A stretch of 64,000 nucleotides of DNA from Paraspadella gotoi (lineage: Eukaryota > Animalia > Chaetognatha), in assembly GCA_051294375.1 (NCBI GenBank), contig CM119269.1:10460883-10524882 (forward strand), given 5' to 3'. Below, piece after piece: positions 26,182 through 40,106 of this stretch; position 1 is the stretch's first letter, and each line of letters begins with the position of its first letter. The notes beneath the pieces are model-generated. The model was not told the origin of the DNA, did not search any database, and worked only from the letters and a program-made list of their open reading frames with translations. The translations under genes and the position numbers were made by a program.

Positions 26182-27841
26182 AAAATTGCAAATGACACGA
26201 GAGCAAAAAAAAAAAAAAAAAAAAAAAAATAGGAAAAGGGAAATAATTTTTTTTCCTATATTTTTTTTCTGAGTCCGATTCTAGGATATGAATTACCCCG
26301 GGGTTGCTAAAACGGCCGATCAGAAAGAATTCTCGCCACCCCTCGCTTCAACTACTTTCCCACCCTTCCCCATCCCACTAAGGAAGCGATTCCCAGTCTT
26401 TCAAAACTCTATGAACCCACCCGAACCTTTACAACAAGAAATTTTCATTACTTTCACTTTCAGTGCTTATGCCAGATTATAAATCCAACACATCCCAATT
26501 TGAAACTTTCTTTCGTCCTTCGCCATGTCCTTCGTCCGCTTTTCTCACTGTCTAGCTCAATCACGACCCAATCACATCCCAATTGCACCCAACCCCCTAT
26601 CACCACAACCGTCCCATTCACCCCCACACTCGCCACCACTCCGTCCTCCCTGAGCGTCAGTGCTCACCAAATAAGAATCGCTACACGACATAAGCGCCAC
26701 TTTTCTTTCTTTCTTTCTTTCTCTTTCTTTCTTTTCTTTCTTTCTTTTTTTCTTTCTTTCTATTTTAAATATTATATCTTTTTGTTTGTTTTGTTTCCTT
26801 TCTTCTTTTCTTTTCTCTTTCTTCTTTCTTTCTTTCTTTCTTTTCTTTCTTTCGTTCTCTTCTTTCTTATCTTTTCTTTCTTTCTTTTTTTCTTAGCCTT
26901 TTCTTTTTTATATATTTATTTTTTGTTACTATTTTTGTTTTTTTGGGGTCGTTTATGTCTGTCTCTTTATTTCTTTGTTTATTCTCCTTTCTTTCTATTT
27001 TTTGTCATTTTTTAACCCAAGGTATAATCTTTCTTTTGTTGTTTATATTAACTGTTCAAAGCGGTGATGAAGACTCGAAATGTTTAAGAGTCGAAACATT
27101 TGTCTGCATTATAAAAAATCCGTTGTTAACAAACCTATTAAATTCTTTGTAAAGTCATTTTTACCAATAAGGATTATATTCTATCTGCCGGCGATTCTTT
27201 TCCTTGTTTTTTTAACACGTAACCTGGGCTGTTGTAACTCCACCTAACTCTTTAATGGAAGGAGGACGTTAAAAATGAAATATAATAATACAATGAAAAT
27301 AACATTAACGTGACTTTTCCAAGAATTTTAATTTAGATTGCAAAGTTTGTCAAGTGACATCATCTGACTCGAAAGTCAAAATCCTCAACTTTTGTGTTAT
27401 ATTCACTTCTTGTTTCAGATTTGAAATCTCGTCACGACTTTCTCTCTAATCTCTTCCCGCTTTCTAATATTAATTATTTAATTAAATTTGAAAGCGTAAA
27501 ATTTTTTTAACTAAAAAAAAAACAGGAATACGAGCGCCGAGTAAATTTTTTTTCCATTTTGAATTTTTCCCCTCTACGACGGAGAGCGACGAACGAACAA
27601 CCGGAAGACGATCGCGACGGGACGAAAACGGACGTACGATAGCGACGAGACGATTTCATTTCTCTTTTTTTGTTACACTTACACTTTATATCTCAAATAG
27701 TAATTAAAAAATACTTTATCCATTTACCGCCAAGCTTCTTTTTTTTTCTGATTCTTGCTTGCTTTTTTACGTCTCTCTTCTTTCGGATATCTCCTTTTTT
27801 ACCCCCCCTCTCTCCTCTCTCTCGTCTCGTCCTCTCTCTCT

Positions 27842-27876
<35 letters not shown>

Positions 27877-29207
27877 AGTCCTACATATTTAAAGTATAAA
27901 GATTCTCTCTCCTCGAACGGATATGAATATTTTAAAAACGTCGGCGATCTTAAACAGAGTTTTCTTTCTCTCTTCGATCTCCTGCTCTTTCCTCTTCCTC
28001 TTCCTCTTCCTCTTCCTCCTCCCTTCCTCATTGCCCTTTGCGTTTTTTATTCATTCGTTCGAATCTTAAATATTTTTTTCCCGTGTAGCGCGGCGAACCG
28101 TTAGACCTTTTTCGACCACATCGAGAAAAACAGAGAGAGGAGAGACGAGAGAGAGAAGAGAGAGAGAGGAGCAACGAGAGAGATGAGAGAGACGAAGGAG
28201 AGAGGAGACCGAAGAGAGAGAGAGAGAGAGAGCAGACGTTCAGTCTTTCGAGGGCCACTCTGACTTCTCTTCGTTTGTTTATTTCCCAGGAAACAAAAAC
28301 AATCAAATCCTCGATCTAATCTTCTTATAGGATTCGTTGTGAATGAGAGTTCGCTTCAGTCGGGAGTTCGCAGCACTCTTCTAATTTGCGCATATTTTTT
28401 TCAAAAGACCACCGGTTTCAGCTTAAATTTGGGAATAAAAAAAAATAAGATTAAGGTTAAAGATTAGGGGATAGTTTTCTGTTTAAAGGAATTCACAGTA
28501 AGGGATTAAGAATTAGGATTTAGAGATTTAGATTTTAACAGTTAATTAATAGCATTATGCGTTTAATGTCTCTAAGTTAAAATCAAAGTTCAAGGATTAG
28601 AAAGAGAAAATGAGGCGATTTCGGAAAATCCAATGTGCCACAATTTTTTCTTTATGTCTCCTAAAAACATGATTTCTCCAACATATATATCACTCGATGA
28701 GTATATTTTTTGGTTTCCCTCTCTGAGCTCACGAATGTTGTTTGATGACGCGAGAATAGCGAAAAAAAAATTGTCATTATCAACTTTTCTTTCTTAAACC
28801 ACGAGAAAGCGAATAAAATTATTAATCTCATGATTTTGCTACGCGATAAGTATCAAACGCTGTACTACGTCTAAGCAGATTTTATTTCTTCCACAACGAG
28901 ATCGTCATTTTATATCTTTTTATGAAAAAAAAAAACCTCAAAGCCAAAGTTACTGGAAACCGGAAAGTCCGCATGGAAGCATTGCCATTGCGAAGGAGAA
29001 CGCGCATTGCCCTCTGATGACATTCCTCTGGTTTGGCCAGCTATGCCGTGCGCTATGCGCTCAACCGTGGCCAGAATGCACAGCAACGGTAGCAACGCTG
29101 CGAAGGCAGAAAAAAAGGGTTTTGAGGAAATTGGCACAAACATAATACATTCTTCATCTTGCGTTGTGCCTTGGAAGAGCTTGAGGGAAGCTCAACTCCA
29201 TCTCTCT

Positions 29208-29283
<76 letters not shown>

Positions 29284-31627
29284 TTCTGCTGTCCTATCTT
29301 TGTTTCTCTCTTACTCCCTCGATCTCACACATTGTACGGTTTTATTAAAAAAATAAATAAAACAGAAAAGAAAAAAAAAAAGAAACAACAGGCAGATGCC
29401 GAGATGCTTAAATATTTTTCTTAAAACGGAACGAGTATCACTTAGTATGGCAAAGCGACAACAAAACTTCGCGAGACATATTCAAGCCAATATTCACTTA
29501 ATAAACATCGTTATTGAATGCGATAACTGCATAAGATAGTAACGAATGTGCATCATGATTTAATTCTGCCCGTCAGTTTCTCAATAGCATCTTTCATCTT
29601 TTTATCAATTGAGCTCTAATACTTAGCTTGCTCGCTGTTTCTCCGTCTTCCTCTCTCAATTATAAAAAGGCGCCTCTATATGCCCAATGCGGATGCGAGC
29701 GAATGGGCGAACGGGCCCATTTCCATCTTCTACGCAGTCCAGGACTAAACTCGAGCCACGGCCCGGCTTTTCTCTCTCAAGCACGATCAACATAACTCCA
29801 GTGAACGCCCGAGGCCCATTACCGCGTTTAATGCCTAGCTCCTCCTCTTGTAAAAACAACTTCGATTTCCCTTAAGAATCCGGGCTCTTCTCCTTAGACA
29901 ACTCCAGTTTAAGCCTCCAGCTCCCCAGACTCTACTCCACCGAAAGCCGGCCATTTCTCTTCAAGAGGCCTGCTCCAGCTCCCCGACTCTACGAACTTCT
30001 CCCGTCCTACTCCTCCGCGCCGACTCGAGGCTCCAAGCAGCGGTACTTAAGGGATATAATTGCGCCGAACCGGGAGGAAAAGTGTTTTGGCACTGAGCTA
30101 TTTCATGCAAAAATTTATTGGGTACTTATCGCCATAATTAGGAGTGAGAGAAGAGCTACGATATGCAGAGATAGAGAGAGAGAGAGACGAGAGAGAAGAG
30201 AGAAGAGAGCAAAGGAGAGATGACAGAGAGAAGCAGAGAGACGAGGAGAGAGAGAGAGAGAAGGGTGAGTAAGAAATCTTGAGACATGGGCGATTAAAAA
30301 AAAGGAGTTATAAAATATTGAGACTGAGAATAAACAAAGATCTTTTGCGCGCGCAAAAGCGATGGGCGATAAATACTATAATATCAGCGAACATTTGTTC
30401 AAGCTGAATAAGCGAAGGATAAAAAAAATAGGGCAGAAGAGGATTGTGAAGAAACAGAAAAAAGTTGCCATTCTGAAAACCTATAAAATTTTAAAGTATC
30501 CCATAACATAAGACCTCCTTGATTTAAGTACGGTTAGCAAAAATCATTCAAAACAGGATTTGTTCTAAATGCTAATTAAAGTATTTAAAATTTTTCATCA
30601 AACAATATTTTCGTAGTTTTGGTAAAAATGCTTTACAATTTGAAAGTCTATATGTGCTATCATTATCTAAAGCAGAAGAGTAATGGAAAACGAAAACTGA
30701 CAGAACAAAATGTGGTAAAAAAAAATTGCAATATTAATGAATTATAAAAACAAAGAAACGAAAGTTTGATTAAAGAAAGAACAAATAGAATGAGGCAATG
30801 AAAGGAAAAGTAAAAATAAAATTAAGAAAAAAAAAGAACGTTCAAAAAATGAAAAAATGGTTTGAGCCGAAGATGTAATTGAGAAGAAAAGAGAACCATC
30901 TAAAAAAAATAGATTTAAAATTTTTAAAAAAAAGTTAGCGCGCAAAAAGGGTTATCAACCGCCAGCAGAGCGAGGGAAGTAAAAGCCCACGCCCTAAGAG
31001 CGCTCACCTTTCAGGCCACTCTTTTGTGCATTTAAGGGATGAGAGAATAAAGAAAATGCGCTACAGCAGATAGAGAAAGAGGGGGGGTAGGTGAGCAAAG
31101 GTGAGCGGATCTAGAAGAGAAGAGAGAACAGAGAATAGGAGAGAGAGACGATACCGACAGAGAGAGAGAGAAGAAGAGAGAGACGAAGAGAGAGAGAGAG
31201 AGACCGAGAGAGAGGGAGAGAGCAGAGAGAGAGAGCGATGTGGGGCCCGTTAGGGTGTAGGGAAAGCTGACGAAGAATTGGCGTTGCGCAGAAGCTCGCG
31301 CCAGGAAAACATTTAGCGTCACCATTTTTTTCAAACCATTTTTCATTTTTTGACGGCGAGAGAATAGGAAGCAGAGGGAGAAACGAGCCGAGGAACGTGG
31401 GAATTGAAAAATAAGCAGAGGAAAAAAAAAAAAGAAAAAAAAAGGAGCGGAAAGAGGAAAAACAAAGCGAAGGTATAAAGAAGTAAATAATAAAGGACAA
31501 AAAAAAAAAAAAAATAGCCAAAAAGTAGGAATGAGAAGAATGCCTTAAAACAAAGTGAAGGCGAAATAACATTAATGTTCAGGCGACATAGTAGGTCCAG
31601 GTCCTTTTCTTTTTTTTGTCTTTCTCG
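22965..31627 (+). repeat. Copy 1 of an ~8.7-kb tandem duplication
   Basis: Collinear with 31663-42402, from caggatcag..gctattgagctgtgaga to ..ctttctcg. The two copies are separated by the 25-N gap 31628-31652. Confidence 0.96.
25480..25590. promoter_or_regulatory. Candidate cis-regulatory module: DR4-spaced nuclear-receptor half-sites, TCF/LEF, K50-homeodomain and CCAAT motifs
   Basis: TAATCC 25485, CCAAT 25527, CGACCT-4-TGACCT-4-TGACCC 25537-25562 and CCTTTGAT 25568. The duplicate is at about 35000-35100. Motif matches only. Confidence 0.35.
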
Positions 31628-31662
31628 NNNNNNNNNNNNNNNNNNNNNNNNNAGAAAGAGAT

Positions 31663-34328
31663 CAGGATCAGGCTATTGAGCTGTGAGAACGACGAACGAC
31701 GACGACGACGACGAACACAAAATAAGTGGGTTTAAAGTCACAAATAATTGAACAATTTTGTTTACCGTTTCCACGACCTGCAATGCACGATTTAATGATA
31801 ATTCAAGAAATATATATACAATATTTACATATTATATATAATTTACAGCATACGCAAGAAGAGAGAGAAAGAGAGACTAGAACCACGACTGGAAACCGTC
31901 TCGTTAATCAGTTTAATGAGATTTCGCTTTGCTTCAGTTCGTCCTCTCTGAAATCAAATCTGGTTCCTGCTCCCGTAATTATTTGTGCGCAGAAGCCGGG
32001 TCTCGTTAAATGCGCGAGACTAACATCCGCTTTTACGCGGATAATAAGAGAGAGAGCAGATATAAGAGAGAGAGAGTTAAAGTTCCAACTTGTTCCTTTC
32101 TTTTTTCTACAGGTTAAAAAAGAGTTTCGTTGTATACTTTTTTTGCGTCTCCGTTCCCATTATTGCAAATTATATGCAGATAGCGCGTGTCGAGCTGAGA
32201 GAAGAGAGAGGATGGATGCGAGAGGAGTCGAGCGAAAGAGGGAGACGAGAGAGACAATGAGAGAAGAATGAGAAAGACAGAGCAGAAAAGAAAATGCAGA
32301 GAAGAATGAACTTTTGGTAGTTTTTTACTTTTGGTACTTTTTTTTTCTCGGGTTGGAGCCAATAGCCTTTTTTTTTTTTTCTTGATTCAAGAATATATAA
32401 TGTCTTCAGGAAGGATAAAGTTTCGTATTTGGCAGGGAAAACATTTCTCACGCTTTTTAATATGTTAGAAGCTTTTTCTAGATTTGAAACGAAATCCTTT
32501 ATTCGAAAAGTTTTTCTGTATTTATAAAAGTTCAAAAATAAAAGACTTTTGTGGTAAACGGTTCTTTTTTCCGGTTTAAAAACGGACAACATTATCATCA
32601 TCATCGCTGTCTGTCGTTCGTCCGTCGTCCCTTGTTTATCGGTGAAGGCAAGACGAGAGGAAGTGGATAGAACAAATGAGGAAGTCGTTGGTGACGGAGT
32701 TGAACGGGAGGAAGGACTCTTTCCACGTCCTCTTTTTCCTGTTTTGTTCCTCTTCTTTTCTGTATATTCGTTCTTCTTTTTTTTTTCTTTTTATGTCTTT
32801 TATTCTTATGATCTATACTGATGGACGAAAATTTATATTTTGTTTTTTTCCTTTAGAATGATAGGAAGCAGCAAGATATATACATTGATCGAGCGCCGTT
32901 TGAGATCAAGATAAAAAAATGAAAAGAGACAAGATGAAGATGGAGAAAAGAGAAATGAAAGCAAGAAAAAAAGAAAATTGACGATAGACGGAGGTGAGAG
33001 ATAGGAGAGAGGATGAGAAGAAGACGTTAGTGTGAAGTGGAAGATGTCCTTGGGGGGTTTCTCAGTTTCAGTATGAGAACATTGTTTGAGCAGTCTTAAT
33101 TACTCGACTAATATTCTACTCATCCATATAATCAAATAATAAAAATAGAATAAAACTTCTATTAAGTATTCTAATATCCAATAAGACATTGGAAAACATG
33201 CATCAAGAAACAGAGAGCCAATGCAGCAGCGAGCAGTAGAGCCGATACGCAGGCAACAGTAATGCCATAGAATCGAGACGCAGCATCAGTAGCAGGCAGC
33301 AGCCCGAGACGCAAGCAAGACAGCTCAAAAGCTACATAAAAGCTTAAAATTAATTACCATATTCCATCAATACAATTTACAAATATCATTTAATATCCTG
33401 ATGTCCCCCCCCCCCTCAGAGAAATCTCCCAAAAATCTAAGAATTTACTCGCCTTTTATAGTACAGAGGACAGCAATTATTACACACCATGAGAGGAGAA
33501 ATTCACATTTTAAGAATAAGTATCAAAAACATTACTACGTTATTATTAACCAATGAGAGACCAGAGTATCAAATCTCCAAGGTATAAAATTCAACCAATT
33601 AGAGACTTTTAAACAGAATTACTTGGAAGTCATTCAATTAAACTTAAATCAGATATTCTGAGCCATTAAAAAATAAAAGGTCAGGGCTTCAATTCAGATA
33701 AAAATCATTATAAACTCTTTTAATAAACAGTTATGTGATGAAGACAATGACCGCTGTGAAAATCAGATGATTTCAGAAAAAAAAACTTTGTAAAATGAGC
33801 TTCATATTTGCCTTTTCTTTTTAAATTTTTTAATTCTGTCAATTTTGAATTTTCGATTTCTTTCTCCCTTTATTATTTTCTCTCACTTCAATTATCAATT
33901 CATTTTCGATTAGATACACTAGCTCCTGTCGATTTGCCATATTCTTACGTACTTTGCGTTTTTCAGCATAATCCAATAATTCAAAAAGCGTAAATTTTCA
34001 AATTCGACACAATTTAATGGCTCGGGGTTCTTATAACTTTGTTATTTTCACCTCCCAAACCATTGTTGAGCGCTTCATGTCTTCTTCGTCTCAGTTATTC
34101 CTCTCCCGGTTGTTTCCGCAACGTCACTCCTCTTTTTCTCTCTTTCATCATTCCTTCTCTCGCCTATCCACTCCTGTTCCTCTTTTTCCCCTTCGGAAAT
34201 GGTCGGCGAAGAAGGATGTGTGAATATTCAGAAGGATGACGCCATCATCAAGCGGGCGCAAAGTTCCTGCGACGCCTGAGGAGGAGAGAGAGAGAGAAGA
34301 GCAGAGAGAGAGAGAGAGAGAGAGAGAG

Positions 34329-34405
<77 letters not shown>

Positions 34406-36493
34406 CGACGTTCTGGGAGAGGCCTAAGGCAGCCGAAAAGGGAGGCAGTAGAAAGAAGAGTCGGAGGAAGGGATGAGGAAGAGGAGGAAGAAGTAAAAGA
34501 GAAGGAAGGAAAAAGAATATAAAAAAGAGTACACTTGATAGAAGGCGGCAGCTGATGGCATCCAAACGACGAATCACAACATGAACACGAATGATGAACA
34601 AGGAAACGACGACGCGAAGAGACAACGAAGAAAAACCATCGAACGAGAAAAAAGACAAAAGGGCACCGTGGAGAGAAGAAACATTCACGAACTACAACAA
34701 CAACGACACCCAAAGATCGGAATAATGAGGAAAGAACGACAAACACTCGAGCATAACAACAACAACAACGTCGATTGAAACGTGAGCCTTTTGTTTCTTA
34801 TTCTAACGATCAAAAATTAGTTCCATCGAGAGAATTCTGGGTTTTGCCGACAATTCGCCCCCAATGCGTCTCTCCTCTTCATTTATAAATCGCCCTTCAC
34901 ATCTTCACTCTCTTCACTCTCTCATCCCCCGCCTCCCGCGTATATTTCTACCTCTCGGCCTCACTCAACCTTAATACCGCCCCACTCAGATGAGCCGCAT
35001 CGTAATCCCCCCTCTCTATCCTCCCCACCCCCCCTTGGCCAATGCGTACGACCCGAATGACCTCAAATGACCCCGCGATCCTTTGATCGCCCATTAAGCG
35101 TCTCCGATGGTCGAAGAATTCTTCCCCTCCTGCGTCGAGTCGCTTCGGAGACTAGAGATCTTCGGAAAGACGGGCCGCGCAGGCGTCGGTCGGCCCACTT
35201 GCTGACTAGAGCGCGAAGCGGGCCCGCTCGACGACGGCCGCTGATTGCGGGCGAACATGCCCGGCTGAAGCGCCGACGTTAAAGTCTTGGAAGGGCTTTG
35301 GACTGATTTCCGATGCGGGACCAAGCGAGAAGAAGAAAGAAAGAAAGAAAAAAAAATAGAAAGAATGAAAAATAGAAAGGACCCATGAAAAAGATAAAAA
35401 TGAAAGAAAGAGAGAAAGAAATAAAAGTGAAAGAACAAATTACGATAAATAATAAATAAGAAAATAATAAATAATAAATTATAAATAAAAAAGGATAAAG
35501 AACAGATAATAAAAAAAAAGAAAGAGAACGAGAACAAAAAAGAAAAAAAACAAAGAAAGAAACAAAAGAAAAGAAAAAATTGAGAGAAAGAAAGAAGAAA
35601 AGAGACGAAACATATACGTAAAGAATAACAGAAAAGAAATAACAAAGAAGAAAAAGAAAAAAGAAAGAAGAGAAAGAAGAAAGAAAGAAAGAAGAAGAGA
35701 AAGAATGAAAGAAAGAAGATAAAAAATTGCCCTAAATCGACACGAGAGCAAAAAAAAAAAAAAAAAAAAAAATAGGAAAAAGGGAAATAATTTTTTTTTC
35801 CTATTTTTTTTCTGAGTCGATTCTATGGATGATGAATTACCCCGGGGTTTGCCTTAAAACGGCCGATCAGAAGAATTTCTCGCCACCCCTTCGCTTCAAC
35901 TACTTTCCACCCTTCCCCATCCACTAAGGAACGAATTCCCAGTCTTTTCAAACTTCTATGAACCCACCCGAACTTTAAACAAAGAAATATTTCATTACTT
36001 TCACTTTCAGTGCTTATGCCAGATTATAAAATCACACATCTCCAATTTGAAACTTTCTTTTCTCCTTCGCCATGTCCCTTCCCGCTTTTCCTCACGTCTC
36101 AGCTCAATCACCCCAATCACCCCAATCACCCCAATCACCCCTATCACCACAACTCCCATTCACCCCCGACACTCCGCCACCACTCCGTCCCTCCTGAGGC
36201 GTAGTGCTCACCAAACTACAGAATCGCCTACATCGAATTAGCGCCACTTTTCTTTCTTTCTTTCTTTCTCTTTCTTTCTTTCTTTCTNNNNNNNNNNNNN
36301 NNNNNNNNNNNNGCTAAAAGTCTTAGTAACCCAAACGTTTGGCGGTTTTTGTTTTTTTATTATTTACTTTTTTTGCTTCCAACTGTTTTTATCTTTTATT
36401 TACGTCGTGAATACAATCACTTGTCTCGAAGGAAGACAAAACCCAACTTCGCTTTCTCGATTATGCATTAATTGAATTTTTTGGGGAGTACCA

Positions 36494-36543
<50 letters not shown>

Positions 36544-36552
36544 AGAGAGAAA

Positions 36553-36584
<32 letters not shown>

Positions 36585-38723
36585 CACGACAGAGAGGAGA
36601 GAGAGAGATAAATTGAGATGAGAGAGAGAAGAGAATGAGAGAGATGCACGATGAGTAGTTCTATTAAATCTGATTCAGTAGTCTCATATATTGAGAGAGA
36701 GTTGCTAGATGAGATGAGAGAGTAGTGAATAGAGAGTATGAGAGTGAGGATATATAGATTATAGATGATTTGATGTATTTCGCTAGATTGACTTGTACTA
36801 AGGTATGTTGAAAGAAGTAAGATGAGAGAAGGATGAGAGAAAGAAAGAGAGAGAGAGAAAGAAGGAATCTCGTCTTTCTGTATCTCTTAGTCCGAATATT
36901 AATATTTTGTTTCTTCTTTTTACTTCCTCAATTAGCGCTCTTTATTTTATACGCGTATTTCTTCTCCTCCGCCAGGCGGTATAATGTATGAGTATAAATT
37001 TTCTTTGTGTAATATTATACAAATGTGTACCTATCAACTCTAATCGATCTGCTGTGTATAACATAATTGGCGACGAAGTTGAGAGTATACAGTATAGTAC
37101 GTATATTCATCATAATACTTTGTAGGCTAGACTTATACTTTCTCTTAAATAAAGATCGAGTTTATCACTCTTTTACTTAATCATCAGACTCATATAATCA
37201 ATTGAAGACATAATTGGGGCAACCTCTTACAACCTAAAAACTGCGCCCTTGGTCCAACCTAAAACAGAATGTTCCATCTTATTCTAGGTGGCTAAGACAA
37301 CTGCACTTCTAGAACATTGTAAAATTTAAATTAGATTCCTAGTTTGTTAATTGTCATCTCAAGTTAACGGTGACTTGAAAACGATTTTTTCAAAATATCT
37401 TTCGCTCAGCAACATTAATCAGCTAAATCCTCGTAATGATATACATTTTAATACTAATTATATCCAGCGTTATGCAATGACACTCAAACAAACTTTTGAT
37501 TCGATTTCACAATGCCACTGCCGGTTATTGCTCAGGCCACTTCATCTCGATTTCAAACTCACAGCTTCACTCATCACTCCTCTTTGTGAAACATCTACTC
37601 TTTAGATTTATTCTCTTCTGTTTTGAATTCTTGTTTTGTTTTTGTGAATTTTCAAACTTTTCCATTCTGTCCGTCTGTCAGTCTCTTTCCTTCACTCCAC
37701 TCAAAGTCAAAGACTCTTCTTTAATACTCTATTTCTCTCTCTTCTTTTCTCTCCTCAACACACTTTTTGCCCTATATAATACGTATTCCAAACCAGTTAA
37801 TTAGTTTTCCCGGTGTGCCCGCCTTTCATTTTTTGCTTTTCTTTTTTCCTTATTTCCTTTCTTTCTTTCTTTCTTTCTTTTTTTCTTCCTTTCTTTTTTT
37901 ATATATTTATTTTTTTTGTTACTTTGTTTTTTTTGTCGTTTCTTTATTTCTTTGTTTATTCTCTTTTCTTTCTATTTTTTGTCATTTTTACCCATGGTAT
38001 AATCCTTTCTTTTGTTGTTTATATTAACTGTTCAAAGCGGTGATGAAGACTCGAAATGTTTAAGAGTCGAAACATGTCTGCATTATAAAAATCGTTGTTA
38101 ACAAACCTATTAAATTCTTTGTAAAGTCATTTTTACCATAGGATTTTATAAATTTCTATCTGCCGCGATTCTTTCCTTGTTTTTTTACACGTACACTGCT
38201 TTGTACTCCACCTAACTTTAAATGGACGTTAAAAATGAAATATAATAATAAATGAAATAATTAACGTGACTTTTCCAAGATTAATTTAAGATTAGACAAA
38301 GTTGTCAAGTGACATCATCGACTCGAAAGTCAAAATCCTCAACTTTTGTGTTATTATTCACCTTCTTGTTTCAGATTTGAAATCTACGATTTCTCTCTCT
38401 CTCTCCCGCTTTCTTTATTAAATTATTTATTAAATTTGAAGCGTAAAATTTTTTTTATAAAAAAAAACAGGAATACGAGCGCCGAGTATTTTTTTTCCAT
38501 TTTTGAATTTTTCCCTCTACGACGAGAGCGACGACGAAAACGAAGACGATAGCGACGACGAAAACGACGACGATAGCGACGACGATTTCTTTCTCTTTTT
38601 TTTACCTTTTTCACTTTATATCTCAAAGTAATAAAAAATACTTTTATCCATTTACGCAACTCTTTTTTTTTCTATTCTTGCCTTTTTTTACGTCTCTCTC
38701 TTTCGGAATGATCTCCCTTTTTA

Positions 38724-38778
<55 letters not shown>

Positions 38779-39033
38779 CCTACATATTTAAAAGTATAAA
38801 GATTCTCTCTCCCTCGACGGATATGAATATTTTAAAAACCGTCGGCGATTTAAGAGTTTTCTTTCCTCCTTCGATCTCTGCTCTTTCCTCTTCTCTTCCT
38901 CTTCCTCTTCCTCCTCCCTTCCTCAATTCCCTTTGCGTTTTTATGTCATGCGTCGAATCTAAATATTTTTTTCCCGTGTAGGCGGCGAACCGTAGACCTT
39001 TTCGACTCACATCGAGAAAAAACAGAGACGAGG

Positions 39034-39065
<32 letters not shown>

Positions 39066-40057
39066 AGGAGAGAGAGAGAGAGAGAAAGGAGAGAGGAGCA
39101 AGAGAGAGAGAGGGAGAGAGACGTCAGTCTTCGAGGGCATCGACTCTCTTCGTTTGTTTATTTTCCCAGGAAAACAAAAACAATCAAATCCTCGTCTAAC
39201 TTTTATAGGATTCGTTGTGAATGAAGTCGCTCAGTCGGGAGTTCGAGATTCTAATTTGGCCATATTTTTCAAAAGTACACCGTTTCAGCTTAAATTTGGA
39301 ATAAAATAAAATAAGATTAAGGTTAAAGATTAGGGGATAGTTTCTGTTTAAGGAATTCAAGTAAGGGATTAAGAATTAGGATTAGAGATTAGATTTTAAG
39401 CAGTTAATAATAGATTATGGTTTAATGTTCAAGTTAAAATAAAGTTCAAGGATTAGAAAGAGAAATGAGGCGATTTCGGAAAATAGTGCCACAATTTTTT
39501 TTTCTGTCTCCATAAAAACAGATTTCGTCAAATATATATCATCATGATATATTTTTTGGTTTCCTCTCTGAGCTACGATGTTGTTTGATGACGCGAGAAT
39601 ACGAAAAAAAAATTGTCATATCAACTTTTTCTTTCTTAACACAGAGAAGCGATAAATATTAATCTCAGATTTGTACGATAAAGTATAAACGTGTACTACG
39701 TCTAGAGATTTTATTTCTTCCACAAGAGATGTCATTTTATATCTTTTTATGAAAAAAAAAAACCTCAAAGCCAAAGTTGATAGGAAACCGGAAGTCGGTG
39801 GAAGATGCCATTGCGAAGGAGAACGCGATTGCCCTCTCGATGGAATCCTCTGTTTGGCAGCTATGCGTGGCTATGCGTCACCGTGGCAGAATGACAGCGT
39901 AGCAACGTGGCGGAAGGAAAAAAAAGGGTTGAGGAAATTGCACAACATAATACATCTTCATCTGCGTTGTGCTTGGAAGAGCCTTGAGGGAAGTGCAAAT
40001 CCTCTCTCGTCTCTCTCTCTCTCTCCTTCCTTCTCTCTCTCTCTCTCTCTCTCTCTC

Positions 40058-40106
<49 letters not shown>

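Noticed and set aside
28445-28540. Telomere-like TTAGG/TTAAGG words (copy at ~39315-39400)
   Set aside because: Scattered and degenerate, with no tandem array.
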